Shown here piece after piece: positions 30,480-43,374 of a DNA stretch of 64,000 nucleotides (position 1 is the first letter of the stretch; each line of letters starts with the position of its first letter). The notes under the pieces are model-generated. The model searched no databases. It worked only from the letters and a program-made list of their open reading frames with translations, and was not told the origin of the DNA. Source of the stretch: the human T2T-CHM13v2.0 reference genome, Homo sapiens. The DNA lies in NCBI RefSeq assembly GCF_009914755.1, contig NC_060937.1; one strand, written 5' to 3'. Both the position numbers and the translations under genes were made by a program.

Positions 30480-31190
30480 CCTGAGCAGCACAAAGTCAGA
30501 GATAACCAGGTCCAGGCAGGCTTGTGTCTTTCCACAATGTCAGACTTTTATTGATGCAATTTCAATCCTAAAAGCAAGCCTCATGGGGTTCCCAAGGATG
30601 CAATTCTCCTTAGTACTTCCTGTTCACAGTAGTCAGAGCTGTGAGCGCACAGGCTCAAACAATTCCACAGGTCAGTCAATATTGCAATCCATATACAATA
30701 GTATACATAGTTAATATAAAAATGTTATAAATTAACCCACAGCAAACAAAGTATAATAACATTTAAGATCAAGAGAAAAGGGTTAGGAAAAAGGGTTAAT
30801 GAATCAGTTCGTGGAGAGCAACATGCACAAAAACACAATGTCCTGCCTTGGCCCTGTACAGCCCATCAGCATCAGCATCTTGCAAGGAAATGTCTTTGAT
30901 GTTGGCAGAGCCTTAGCCTGGGGTTGCCAGGTGCTTATCACAAGTGACAGCAAGACGTTGTCTATTAAAATGTATGTTTTTAGCTGATGAAGTCCTGCTA
31001 TTTTTATGGCCACAGAATCCTCTGGTGAGGATTGATAGTGGAAGAATGTGCTTGGTTATGTCCTTATCTGGTTGGATGCAGTCTTTATTGATTAGGCAAA
31101 ACATATTGTCTGTGTTGGCATGGTGCCTATTGAAATGTAAGATGGAGCCTTTTTCTAATACGGAGTTACTTGTGTAAGGGGTGCTGTTAG
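30480..31190 (-). mobile_element. ERVL-class solo LTR (MER70-like)
   Basis: Minus strand: acaagtaactccgtattagaaaaaggctccatcttacatttc near start; AATAAAagtctgacattgtggaaagacaca near end. Confidence 0.6.
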
Positions 31191-33304
31191 AAACAGAAGT
31201 ATCTTGATTATTAGGAAAGAAGATCACAAAAAAATGTCATGGAAGTTTAACAAGATTCAATATAGAAAGTTTAGAACACCAAAGGAGAAAGCCATGAAAA
31301 CAAAATGGGGAAGCAAAATGAAATCATGGCATTCTGAAAGTGTCTCAGTGATATTTTGGGACCCAAAAAGAGAAGTATTAGAAATAGACTTTCTGCTTTT
31401 ATTGAGAAGAAACTGGTAGCCATTTTTTTCTTATTTTCTCTCCTTAATATTATGAGCTCAGTTGGAAATACATACATGTTGACAAAATTTTAATGTGTTT
31501 TAGTCACCAGAAACCTTGACAAACATTGAAATAAACTGGTGAATATCGACTAATTGTTAGGTTGATTGTTCATAGCAGTTGAGGCTTCCTGAACTAGAGG
31601 CATTTTTAAAAAGATTGAAATATCATTGTGCACAATATGGGCAACAGTACAAGAGTATTGATGGTACAGAAGAACGGAAGTCAATGAAAAATATTTGACT
31701 TAAATGATGCATTAAAAAGTTAGACATCTTTAAGTCTGGACTGAGCAGTATCAAATCTATTGCACTCTCATAATTTGGGGATTCTTGGAGATACCTGGAT
31801 TGTTATATTTCAAAGATATTCTGGAAATAAAATGAATCAAGAAGAACTGAGGTGCGGACATGCAACCAAATCCAGGAATGTCTAAATTTATAAATATTTC
31901 TCAGAGAACTTGAAAATATGAAGTGTTTATATTAAAATTTTAAGAAACCTTTAAAAAAGTTAATTTCTAAATAAATAAATTTTAGGTCTATCATTACTGT
32001 ATTTTAAAAACGTCTTTAAAATAAAATTAGCTCTGATTTATAAAAAGTACTTGTTGAGGGTATTCAGTTTAAGAACAACAGAAACAAATTATTTTGCTAT
32101 ACTGACCAGATTCCTAATAAGAATTGTTACTACACCAAGCAAGTTAACTATTTTGATGTTTACTCTAATAAAGCTAGTTTCTTAAATGTTATACTCACAC
32201 TGCCTTTCCTTTAACCTGTCCTTAAACTTAGGTTCATGGTAAGGTCACTAGTAACAATGATAAACTTTGAGTGCCTTGATGATGGATTTTTATTCAGTTG
32301 CTCATCACCAGGGGAGTTCTATATCTAGAAAGAAAGGAGCAGTAATTAAAAGCACAGAGTTCTTCAGGGTTTCTACTATATGTGTAACTCAGGCTTGCTA
32401 AGGATTAATGCAGATTCTAGCTGAAATTCCTAGACTGCTAATGCATTCAATCACTCAGATAGTGCTAAAATATTGCAGAATAATCCTTAGAGAAATTTTG
32501 TAACAATTTTTGTTTTGCATCCTAATAGTATGTTCAGAGACAGAAAACAATTTTTAACATTAATTACACATTCTATGAAAGGCTCTAAGCTCACAACTAC
32601 ATGCATAGAAATTCCTTAAGTATACATTGATAGAGTTTAGAAGCTCATAATAGTTTGATTTTACAGTACTGTAAAGTGTTAGGGAATAGTAATAAGTAAA
32701 AATTCATTTGATATTCAAAAAAATCCAAAGTAGAGGTGATGAATAAATAATAGATTGTCAGATAATACTTTAAAAATTCTTTGTACATGTTTATGGAAAA
32801 CTATTTGATACCTTAAAAACATGATAATTACATTTGTGAAAAACAAAAACATACTGATATAATACTAAACAATATAATTTGTATTTTATTTTTGTATATG
32901 AAAGCCATGTATGTTAATTTTCACTTCAAAACCAGCAACTTAATTGTGTATTTATAAATGTTGAAGAACTCCGATTTTATGTTTTGTGATCACAATTAAA
33001 GAATAATTTCAATAAGATGGATATCAAAACAAAATATGCCCTTACTTTTTAGTAATGTTTAAAAGTACATTTGAAGAGTTATAAACGTGTTTCAGTTTTT
33101 TTCGTCAAATTTTCAGTTGGCTTAATCATGATGTTCAAACATAGACATAAAAGTTTATTAAAAATGGAATAAATATGGTCTTTGTAATAGCTTCTTAAAA
33201 ATTTCAGACTTAGCTTCAATATTTTAAAATCTATTTAAAAATACACATATTAAATAGATCCTATTGTATAAATACATACATGCTTAATTTGTACACAAAA
33301 TCGA

Positions 33305-33432
33305 TCTTCCTCCATAGAATGTAAACTACAACAAAGCAGACTTTTTTGTTCGGTTGCTTCCTCTGCTGTAATATATTTCCAACTTCTAGAATAGTGCACG
33401 GCACTTACTGAGTTCACAAAGAATATTTTTGA
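33305..33432 (+). mobile_element. L2 3' end
   Basis: tagaatgtaaactac...ctagaatagtgcacggcac...gaatattttt. Confidence 0.65.
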
Positions 33433-33439
33433 TATAGAC

Positions 33440-33883
33440 TGTGATGGTTAATTTTATGTATCAACCAGGTTGTGTCACAAGGTGCCCAGGTACTGGGTTA
33501 AACCTTATTCTGGGTTTGTCTGGGAGGATGTTTTGGATGACATTAACATTTGAATTGCCAGACTGAGTAGAGCAGATTGCTGTCACTAATGTGGTGGCCT
33601 TCATCCAACCAATTGAAACCTTGAATAGAACAAAAAAGCTGACTCTCCTGTAAATAAGAGGAAATTCCTCCTGACTGACTGATTGAGCTGGAACATCCAC
33701 CTTTTTCTTACCTTTTGATTCAAGCTGATACATGGGCTCTTTGTGGGTCGTGAGTGTGTCAGATTTTGAACCACACCATTGGCTCTCCTGGGTCTCTAGC
33801 CTGCTGACTGTAGATCTTGGGACTTCTCAACCTCCAAAATCATTTGAGCCAATTCCTTATAATCTCTCTCTCTCTCGCTTACC

Positions 33884-33945
<62 letters not shown>

Positions 33946-33985
33946 CGTGTTGGTTCTGATTCTCTGGAGAACACTGATTAATAGA
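33440..33985 (+). mobile_element. MLT2B/D-type ERVL solo LTR
   Basis: tgtgatggttaattttatgtatcaac start; tctctggagaacactgattaata end; contains a (CA)n repeat. Confidence 0.88.
33886..33942. repeat. (CA)~28 perfect microsatellite
   Basis: Uninterrupted acacac... tract inside the MLT2 LTR. Confidence 0.95.
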
Positions 33986-34143
33986 GGTAGAGGTATATTT
34001 TAAAAATTCTGTTTTTTCCAAAAAGACAAGAACGTTTTATTTATTTATTAAAGCCAAGATGAACAGTCAGCTATAGAAAAATAAATACATTTTTAAAACT
34101 AAATGTTCATCAACCCATATGAAAACATGTGTACTGGTAGAAG

Positions 34144-34638
34144 TATTGTCAGAGACTCCGCAGGGTCTCGGGATGCTGGTGAGACCTCAGCCCCAGCTGG
34201 TTCCCAGACCCTTGACATAATTGCAAGAAAGAATTCAGGGATAAGTCAGAATGAAGCAAAAGGCAAGAAATCTTATTGCAAAACAAAAGTATACACTGAA
34301 GAGAGAAGGCAGGCATGCTCATGAGAATGAGTCACACCACAGAGTTTGGGTTTCTCATTTTATGGGTGTTCCTTTAATTAGAGGGTGAAATAATCACTCA
34401 GTATTCTGGAACAATGGGGGATTTCAGGGATGCCCCTCATTGCTGTCCTCTTTCTCCCTTATTTGGGCTTGCCCAGAAGATTTATGGACATGTCACCTTG
34501 ACCAAGATTTTGGCCATTTACTCTCTCTTATTTTGGGTTTTCTGTTACCCTGTGGATTTATTTTTGTATAGTTCTTGTTTTAGTTGTTGTTTGGATTTTT
34601 CCATCCTCCTGTGACTACCCAGTGCTATTCCTATCTCA
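34144..34638 (-). mobile_element. ERV1 solo LTR (MER73/LTR29/LTR64-like)
   Basis: Minus strand starts TGAGATAGGAATAGCACTGGGTAGTCACAGGAGG; GAAG TSD (34140-34143 / 34639-34642), terminal dinucleotide mutated. Confidence 0.75.
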
Positions 34639-34975
34639 GAAGCAATTATGTACTATTCAAATAAAGTACCAACATTCAAACATTTTCTCTGTTTAAAGGG
34701 TTGTTCATTTTTTCTATTATCATTCATTGACTTTTCCAAATTTTTATTTGTATTGTTTCAGCCATTAAGTTGTGGTGATTTGTTACAGCAGCAATTTTTT
34801 TTAAAAATTATAAACGCTTCTATCTCAATGACCATATTTTGTTAATCTCCTTGGCTGTTCTTTCTGATCGCCTCTTCTGTGTGTCAGATGGGAATTTTAG
34901 GAGCTCTCCGCTTTCTTACCTAAATTCACTTTTTTTTTTTTTTTTTTGGTCCAGTCTCAGAACTTTGAAGACCAC

Positions 34976-35480
34976 TGTTATGGGTTTAAGTATGCTCTCT
35001 CCCTCTCCAAATGTGTTGACGTCTTAACCCACGGTGCCAGCGAATGTTATTTTATTTGGAAATAGGGTCTTTACAGTCTCTTTACAGACTTGATTAACTT
35101 GATTAATCAAGTAAATTCGAGTTAAGATGCTGCCATTAAGGTGGGTCTTAATCTAACAGAACCAATGCCCTTATAAATAGAGAAAAATGTCATGTAAAGA
35201 CAGAGACAAACAGGAAGAGTACCATGCAATGACAGAAGCAGAGATTGGAATGATGCAGCTGTGGGACAAGGAGAAGCGAGGATTGCTGGCCACCACAAGA
35301 AGCTACAAAGAGACAAGGAAGGATTCTGCCCAGACTTTCAGAAGGAGTATGACCACGATGAGACCATGATTGTGGACTTTTAGCTTCTAGAACTGTGAGG
35401 CAGTTGTGTTTGTTGCTTTGTTTGTTTGTTTCAAGCCACCTAGTCTGTAGTACTTTGTTATGGCAGCCCTAGGAAACCAT
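34976..35480 (+). mobile_element. MLT1C-type MaLR LTR
   Basis: ttatttggaaatagggtcttt, gcagagattggaatgatgcagct, ttctagaactgtgag, tactttgttatggcagccctaggaaac. Confidence 0.88.
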
Positions 35481-36089
35481 CTATGATGCTGCTGCTCATT
35501 CATTCCCAGAAACAAACTTCTCTATCCAATTGCTCACTAGATATTTTGATCACAAATTTATATTGGATTATATTTTTCCCAATGTGGCATACCCCTTTTG
35601 AGGTCCCTTCTGCATGGTGAGGAACAGCTAAGAGCATATCCTGGTGTCTGCTGCCCTCTACGGTTCTTGTTAGGACTATCGGTGGGAAGGTTTCAATATC
35701 TGGATAGCAAAATGATAGGAAGATCATTATTCTCTAATGGAAGTAGCAGCCAGATGTGTGTGTAGGCATGAGAGTCACAGCCAGACACATGAGAACCTGA
35801 GAATCAGCTGATTCATTGCTACATACTAAGACAATGTGAACTTTGTCAGTAAGTCTTAAGATTTAAAAATTTCCAGAGAACACTTGAGAACTATGGGCTT
35901 CAGTGCTTTGGTGTCTGCCTCACCTCTAGCTACGATTTCCCTGACCTTCAGTAATGATTTCCCTGATCAATGTACCTGAATTCCAAAATCATCCAACATT
36001 GGTATGAATCCTAATTTCTATATCCAATGGAGTTTTAATTTATAAAATTTATTTTCCTGAACAAACTCAAAGCAAAACCGAAGAGCACA

Positions 36090-36450
36090 ATAAGCATCTC
36101 AACTTTACCATGCCCAAGACTAACTCCTGCCCTTTGCTGTCCTCTGTTCTGACCCCAGACCTGCTCCTTCCAAAGTATTCCCAGCTCAGTCCATAGAAAC
36201 TTTATCTATCTAGGTGATTCGGCTATGACTACTATAACTATCCTTCATTGCTATATTTCTCTCACACCCCATTCCCAATTCATTAGTATATTCTATTTAA
36301 AAATACACAAAAATCTGACTATGTCTCACTACTTTTTCACTACCACCACACTGGTCTATTCACGGTTGCCTGAATTCTAATTATTGTCATAGTCTCAACT
36401 GGTGTTTCTTCTGCTGTTGCTCACTTACAGATTATTTTCAACACAGAAGA
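36090..36450 (+). mobile_element. L2 fragment
   Basis: gcatctcaactttaccatgcccaagactaactcc; tctcactacttttcactaccaccacactggtc. Confidence 0.65.
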
Positions 36451-36567
36451 CCGAAGCTTACGTTTTTTTCAAATGGTAAAGAAAATGTAAATGAATTAAC
36501 ATTTTCAAAGTGGTATATACCGTTAATACTATACAGAACTACATTATTTTGTCTTGAGTGTATTGAA

Positions 36568-36648
36568 GGCACAGTGGCTCATACTTTTAATTCCAGCGAC
36601 TAAGGAGGCTGAAGCAGGAGGATTACTTGAGGCCTGGAGTTTGAGAGT
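36568..36648 (+). mobile_element. Alu monomer fragment (FLAM/AluJ-like)
   Basis: ggcacagtggctcatac...gaggctgaagcaggaggattacttgaggcctggagtttgag. Confidence 0.75.
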
Positions 36649-36654
36649 ACATGA

Positions 36655-36865
36655 AAATGGTGTTGTATAGTGACTGTGAGCACCCTCTCAACTTTGATTC
36701 TACATATGCCACCTATTAGCTGGGAGGGCTTAGGAAAGTGATGTAATCTCTGTTAAATGCAATTTGTTCTTCTCTAAAATAAGCTGATAATACTTTCTAA
36801 TAGAATTGTTAGCACAGGACCTAATAAAATGTGCTCTGAAATGGTGACAATAATTACTATCATTA
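36655..36865 (+). mobile_element. MIR
   Basis: ccacctattagctggg...aggaaagtgatgtaatctctg...ctctaaaataagctgataata core. Confidence 0.6.
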
Positions 36866-37227
36866 GAAAAAAACTGGATCCCTTGAATTGTAAAATATGA
36901 CGAAAGTTTATTCTTACTAACCTCCCATGCAACATTTATCCAAAGGCATAAATACAAGAACATAAACACAGACATCTTTTCATTCCCAGGAAGAAATGTC
37001 TCTGGGTTTGGCAGATGGTCCCTGAACAAGTTTGAACAATTTTTGGGGATCATTAACTCTGAATTAGTTAAGAAGAATAAACAAATCTTACGTGTGAGAA
37101 ACTAGTCCGTTTACCTTACAAAGCAATCAAAGCAAATTTCTTGTGGGAAAAGTGGTGGAACTGTCAGCAATAGGATATAACAAGAAAATATCCTTAATTC
37201 AGAAAGAAAAGATGGTGGTTTGTTTTC

Positions 37228-37470
37228 CTTCTCTCTGCCTCTGTCTCTCTCTTTCTTTCTCTCTCTCTCCCTATCTGTCCTTCTTGCTTTCTCTCTCTCC
37301 CTCCCTTCTACCTATCATCTATCTATCTATTATCTATCATCTATCTTATATCTGTCTATGTATGTATATATGTATGTATGTATTTATCTCCATCCATCCT
37401 ATCATCTATGTATCTATGTATCTATCTATCATTTATCTATGTATGTATCAATCTACCAATTAATGTATCA
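37228..37470. repeat. Compound (TC)n/(TATC)n/(TATG)n low-complexity repeat
   Basis: ctctctctcc...tatctatctat...tatgtatgtatg. Confidence 0.9.
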
Positions 37471-38277
37471 TCTGCTCTCTGGAAAAAAGAATTGACTTTT
37501 ACAAATGTTATTTTCTTTACCTCTCAATTACCATTCACAAATTATAAAATATTATCACTTTTAGTCCTTATGAAGTATCTTCTAATGGATGTATTATTTT
37601 TTTCTTACTCAGTTAAGTTAAAAAATAATTTTCAGAGAATTTAATGAGAACCATCTCTTCAATTGCTGTCTTAAAATATTATTCAGCCTTGAGGCAGTTG
37701 GTGGTGTGGAGAGAAGGTTGAATGATGTGGTTTTGTTTGTTGTCTGCCTATGTGATGCCAACACCAGATATGGCCATTTTTTCACCACATTCTCAATTAT
37801 AGGTATAGGCAGGTTACTGACTCATTGTATAAAACAAGATCTCTTTCAACTTATTTAGCTTATTTCGATATGTCAGTTTTTCTGAATACCTCAGGTGGTA
37901 TTTGAGCACCAGGGATTAATAGGCTGCTCCAAGATCTCATTGGCTTGCAGGAAACTTACTGAGTGTCTAAAGCACGTAACACACTATCCACTGTGTATTT
38001 CCATTTAAACATTTTACACATTTTATCTCCCTGGAATTCTTTTCACCTGTAATGTGGCTCAAATCTCCTCTACACTCTCAAAACTCCTAAACTAATGGGT
38101 GAATTGCTTAAATTTCAACCCACTCAGGGATCTACCAATATTGAAGTCTTTATATTTCTCCTTATGATTTTCTAGCTCCATATACGTAGAGAAGAATAAG
38201 CAGATTTGTAAAGTTTAGGTTGCATTGTATCTATCAGATAAATATGTCTTGTGTTTCCCTCAACCTTGCTATCCCTC

Positions 38278-38278
<1 letters not shown>

Positions 38279-38309
<31 letters not shown>
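38279..38309. repeat. Poly(A) tract (~31 nt)
   Basis: Uninterrupted A run with no recognisable retroelement body upstream. Confidence 0.9.
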
Positions 38310-38311
<2 letters not shown>

Positions 38312-39060
38312 AAAGGCATAGTTTTTACTTCTTAAATGTCTATTGTCTGAGGAAGGTCAGTCTTTATAATCTAGCCATCTGAATGCAGTAACTATCAAGA
38401 AACAGAAAAATCACATAATCTTTTAAAATATCTTCATACTAGACTTTACGTTACACTGAATCTTTCAATTTGACTTCTGCATTTTTAAAATAGGTATTTT
38501 ATTTTTGCTAAAAAATAATTCAGTTTTCAGGACTCTAAGGGCTTCTCCAGGTTTAGAGTTGACTTCTCTGGGTTTTATGATTAGACCTAGATATCTTAAA
38601 ATGAATGTTTTAATTTTTTGGCCATAGATAAAACTACTACATTAATATTTAAGGTGATTGAAGGGTATGTGAAAATTTAATATGAATCTGATAATTTTAT
38701 TATTACTATAATTAAATGTTTTCTAGTTGAGATGCACTTTGTGGCTCCCCGATTCAAAAGAATCACAGTAAAACCCATTTATTTTATTTCTTAATAAGTA
38801 TACATTTAGAGAAAAGCAGCTCCATTACAGGTCAAAATACATTGCAAAACTCCAGTTATGTAAACTTTATTGTGAAGTTATATTCTAAAAAGTACTTACA
38901 TAAAATTGTTCTATGGGTGAAAATTTACATCGTTTGACATTTTTGTCATAATAAACTCTTTGTATATTTTTACACACATTAAGAGAATTTTATTAAATAC
39001 ATTCCCAGAAGCAGATATGTCAGGGCAAAGACACACACATAAAATGTCAGTATATAATGC

Positions 39061-39973
39061 TGTAAACCAAAAATAAAATCCTAAGCCCCCCAACCAACTG
39101 AATGAAATCCCCTCTTGGCCTAGAGGACCCCAGAGAAACCTGAAAAGCTGGATTGTTGGCCATGATGGAAGGGAGGCTGGACAGTTCTCATTATATCCTC
39201 TCCCTTTTGGAGTTTAGGCATAACTGATCAGCATTAACATTGAAATAGAGAGTGTAAGACTGACAAAATAGACTCTGTGACAATAAGTTACCAAATTCCA
39301 ACTTGAATCTGGTATAGCATCACATGACAGATAGCAGACCTTGAAGGAAATAAAAATATTTTACCTCAAAATAAATTTGACATGTTTTGAAATGGCCCTG
39401 CGAAACCATCTCTTGTGGGGAAAATTTGCATCTGTAGAGAATCTCCATTAATGCAGCAGACCTTCACTTTGTAGGCCTATGTCTTTCCCAGATCTAGAAC
39501 AGATTAAAAGAGTCTAACCTTTAAGGTCTGAAAAGACACATTTATAATTGATTCTCTCTGAAGGCTGCTACCTGGAGGCATCATCTGCCTCATGAGAACC
39601 TTGGCCTCCATGACTCCCCCTTACCTTAACTCAAGCTTTTACTTCAAGTCTTTAGGCAAAGCTTAACTCTTTCAACCAACTGCCAATCAATCAGAAACTC
39701 TGAATCCACCTATGACTTGTGAATCACCCTACTTCAAGGTATTCTGCCTCCTTAGGCTAAACCAACTTACAACTTCCATGTATTGACTTATGATTTACCT
39801 AAAATGTATTGACTTAATGGTTTTACCTAAAAGGTATAAAGCCAAACCATACCCTGGATACCTCGGATACACTTTCTCAGGACTGCTTGAGACTGTTTCC
39901 TGAGCCATAGTCACTCATATTAGTTCAGAATAAACCACTTTAAATATTTTACAGTTTTGTTTTTCTGTTAACA
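39061..39973 (+). mobile_element. MER4D/E solo LTR inserted into an old antisense L1
   Basis: tgtaaaccaaaaataaaatcctaagccccccaacc start; AATAAA ~39929; ends ctgttaaca; ATGC TSD (39057-39060 / 39974-39977). Confidence 0.92.
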
Positions 39974-40629
39974 ATGCCAAATTATTCCCCAAAAGTGGCC
40001 ACAATCATCTTTCAATCAAAGGTTATACATGACATGATTAATTTCCCTAAATCTAGACTAGTGTTTATAAGCAATGATTTTAATTCTTCTTTAATATAGT
40101 AATTGAGAAATGGAAATATAGTAATTGAGAAATTTGTTTTAGTTTCTTATAAAGTCACATGTTTACTGACATTGTACATTTATTTTCTTGAGTCGTCACT
40201 TTTTTGTATCATTTTCTATATTATATTTTTATTAAACTTTATGTATTATAGATTATAATCTTTTGCCAGTTCATGTTCCAATTTTTGGTTTGTTATTGTT
40301 GCTATTTTTAAAACAATTGATTAACTTTTCTTTAGCTATTGTATAACTTACTCATTTCAGGTTATTCTTTTATTATAGTAACTGTAAATTTTATTTTATA
40401 GAAATTATATTTGGCTGTTTACCAAATCTAGCTTCTATTTATAATGTTTTGAATTCTTACATTTTAGTGTCTGTTAGAGTCTAGCCATGATATTCTGTAT
40501 CCTTATATTTTTCTTTTTTTTCTTTAATGTCCCGAGGGCATTTAAACATAAATGGTTTGAGTCTCTTTCCTATTGCTCTATTATGTTTAGCTCCTGGCAT
40601 ATGGATTTGACAGCTCCTAGATGTACAAA

Positions 40630-40900
40630 TTGTCAGTTGCTACCGAGTGCCCAGTATTACTAATAACTTACCCAATGACTTGGTTTGACTGAACTTTAGT
40701 GGATTTTCTTTCCTCCCCACAGGCCCTTAAATTTTGGCTTGACTTTAAGCTTCAGCAATCAATATGGTGCCACAGCACAGAGAAGAACATTTCCTGTTAA
40801 ATCAGCAGGCGAGGGTGAACAGACAACCTGATTATGGTGTCTGCTCACCCCTACCTACTTGTCCTGCTTATCTACAAAGTTCCTGCCAGCCTTGTTTGTC
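40630..40900 (+). mobile_element. Partial MER110/MER89-90-like LTR
   Basis: aacttacccaatgacttggtttgactgaactttagt...ggcccttaaattttg is homologous to 46941-47015. Confidence 0.5.
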
Positions 40901-41099
40901 TGTTTGTTATTTTGACTGTCACTTTTCCTGACCATTCGTAGTTGTTAAATTCCACTAATTGCAGGCTGATTGCTCTAATGTTTTCAATAATGCTTTGGGA
41001 CATAACCTGCCCCACAGACTAATCTAATCAAATACTAGCACTTCAAAGGGAAAATTCCTGAAGTCAGTATTTTAGATTTGTTCTGACCACAGGAGGGCT

Positions 41100-41930
41100 T
41101 TTCCAGCCATCTCTCTCCCTGTTAATCTTTGGCAAATTAACCAGCTTACATTTCAGTCTCTATTTTAAACAAACCTACCAATTCTTCCCAATTGCCCTTC
41201 ATCACAACTTTCACTGGTTCAAGAGCTTTCATAGGAACCTCTCCGTGCACTGTTGCAAGTAAAGTCAATTTTGAGGGGAGGGATGGGAGTTTTGTACTGT
41301 GGACTGCTTCCCCCAGGGCAAAGTCCCTGAGCCATAGTGTTTTTGCTGTGGGTGTGGACGATGGTGTGCTTCTGTCTGAAGACACTCCCACTTCAGGAAC
41401 TGAGCTGTCAGTGGATAGGGAAGGCAGCTGCACTAGGTCTTCTTGACTTGCCTCTCACAGCAATGAGTTACAGCAAAGGCAATCAGGACCCCAGAATTCT
41501 CAGAGGCACAGGGTGGAGCTTAGTGGAAGAGTATTCTCTGCCTCTTGGCCACAATCACCAGGAACTTAGCCTCCACAGTAGGTAGCCGGGGGAAGCATGA
41601 GAAATGCTGTCTTGCCTGTCTTTGGAAAATGGCCTTTTTCTTGGGACCTGCAGGGAGAAAGGGAGCCCTGCGTTCTTGGCTGTACCAGTCCAAAGTGGAG
41701 TTTTCATCTCAAACAGCTGGGGGAAGGATGGAGGGCAGGCAGTCAGATACACAGATTCTGCAGATTCACAATTCTTAATGAGTTTTCGTAGATTTTCTTG
41801 AATAAATATTTCTTCATTTGTTTTATGCCCTTAGGGTTATTTTCAGATACTTTAAAAAATACATTACAACAATTTTCACTATATATGCTGAGGAGCTTCT
41901 CCTGCTGTCAAATGAGAAGTGGTTCGCTAT
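41100..41930 (-). mobile_element. Old L1M 5'UTR region
   Basis: gattttcttgaataaatatttcttcatttgttttatgcccttaggg resembles antisense L1ME/M4 5' ends. Confidence 0.5.
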
Positions 41931-42539
41931 GTTTACTTTTAATATCATTTTTTGTCACTTTGATTAAATAGGTAGCCAAGTATTGTTTCTCACAACCCAT
42001 GATTCTACTTAATCAAATGCTCAAACTTTCTGACAACTTTTAACATTTTTCTCTTCCTCAAAGCAATTCCTAAAATAAAGATATATTTTCCACATAAAAC
42101 TGTCTTTGAGATTTTCCAGAGAGTCTGTGGAAAATCACCATGGATTTGCTCTTTGACCTTGTAATGACAAAGGTGCTAGAAAAGATTAGGGTTATTTGAT
42201 GTATTGTAAATTTTATGGGGAATGTTGTCAAGTCAAATGAAATACTTGGCCCTTCCTATATTAAATATGTATAAATAAATTATTAATATAAATATTTTAG
42301 AGACTGTATAAGGCTCCTAGTAATTTATCAATGCTCTCACTGTTTTGATATATTTCTATTCATCAAAATTCAGTCCTGTTTTGCCTGATGTTTATTAGGC
42401 AAAAAAGTATAGTGTTATCAGTCATAATTTCAGTAACCTTTAACATATTAACTTGGTGACTGTTAAATGTCTCTCATTTGAATCCAGTATAGTCTAGTTC
42501 AGTGGTTTTCAATTAAGAATTAACATTACTTATTATGGA

Positions 42540-43054
42540 GTTTTTTTTTTTTTTAAACTTTTTTTCTTCTTCTTATTTTTGTACATGACTAAGTTCTTTA
42601 GTGGTGATTTCTGAGATTTTGGTGCACCCATCACCTGTAGCCTTTTCTCTGTCACCCCCCTCCCACCCTTTCCTCCAACTCCCCAAAGTCCAAAGTCCAT
42701 TGTATCATTTGTATCATTTTTTTTTTTTTTTTTGAGACGGAGTCTCCCTCTCTCCCCAGGCTGGAGTGCAGTGGCATGATCTCGGCTCACTGCAAGCTCC
42801 CCTTCCTAGGTTCACGCCATTCTCCTGCCTCAGCCTCCTGAGTAGCTGGGACTACAGCCTCCCGCCACCACACCCGGGTAATTTTATTTTTGTATTTTCA
42901 GTAGAGACGGGGTTTCACCGTGTTAGCCATGATGGTCTTGATCTCCTGACCCCGTGATCCACCCGCCTTGGCCTCCCAAAGTGCTGGGATTACAGGCGTG
43001 AGCCACTGTGCCCAGCCAATCCTTTGTATCATTTTTATGCCTTTGCTCCCTCAT
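42540..43054 (-). mobile_element. L1PB-type 3'UTR/tail, split by AluY
   Basis: aagttctttagtggtgatttctgagattttggtgcacccatcacc; ccccaaagtccattgtatcatt...atgcctttgc. Confidence 0.88.
42717..43017 (-). mobile_element. AluY inserted into L1PB 3'UTR
   Basis: caagctcc and ttcacgccattctcc diagnostics; TSD ...tcc(a/t)ttgtatcattt on both sides. Confidence 0.92.
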
Positions 43055-43374
43055 GGCACTGGGCAGGCTGAGGCAGGAGAATCAGGCAGGGAGGTTGCAG
43101 TGAGCAGAGATGGCGGCAGCACAGTCCAGCTTGGGCTCGGCATCAGAGGGAGACCGTGGAAAGAGAGGGAGAGGGAGACCGTGGAAAGAGAGGGAGAGGG
43201 AGACCGTGGGGAGAGGGAGAGGGAGAGGGAGACCGTGGGGAGAGGGAGAGGGAGACCGTGGGGAGAGGGAGAGGGAGACCGTGGGGAGAGGGAGAGGGAG
43301 AGGGACAGGGACAGGGAGAGGGAGAGGGAGAGGGACAGGGAGAGGGAGAGGGAGAGCGAGAGCGAGAGCGAGAG
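43055..43374 (-). mobile_element. SVA 5' fragment: (CCCTCT)n hexamer plus start of the Alu-like domain; no VNTR, SINE-R or poly(A)
   Basis: Minus strand: (ccctct)n, ccacggtctccctc repeats, then ctgatgccgagcccaagctggactgtgctgccgccatctctgctcactgcaacctccctgcctgattctcctgcctcagcctgcccagtgcc. Confidence 0.93.

Noticed and set aside
38279-38309. Orphan poly(A) as possible processed pseudogene tail
   Set aside because: No TSD, poly(A) signal at the proper distance or recognisable transcript body upstream.
40094-40132. 18-bp direct repeat atatagtaattgagaaat (also similar small stutters at ~39781-39832, ~49110-49130, ~18515-18533)
   Set aside because: Ordinary short slippage duplications with no further structure.
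41146-41801. Cluster of short ORFs in GC-richer sequence
   Set aside because: Consistent with a decayed L1 5'UTR; no domain similarity or exon structure.
43146-43290. Regularly spaced GAGACCGTGG repeats that superficially resemble a CRISPR array
   Set aside because: Spacers are hexamer repeats, not unique; part of an SVA in primate DNA.
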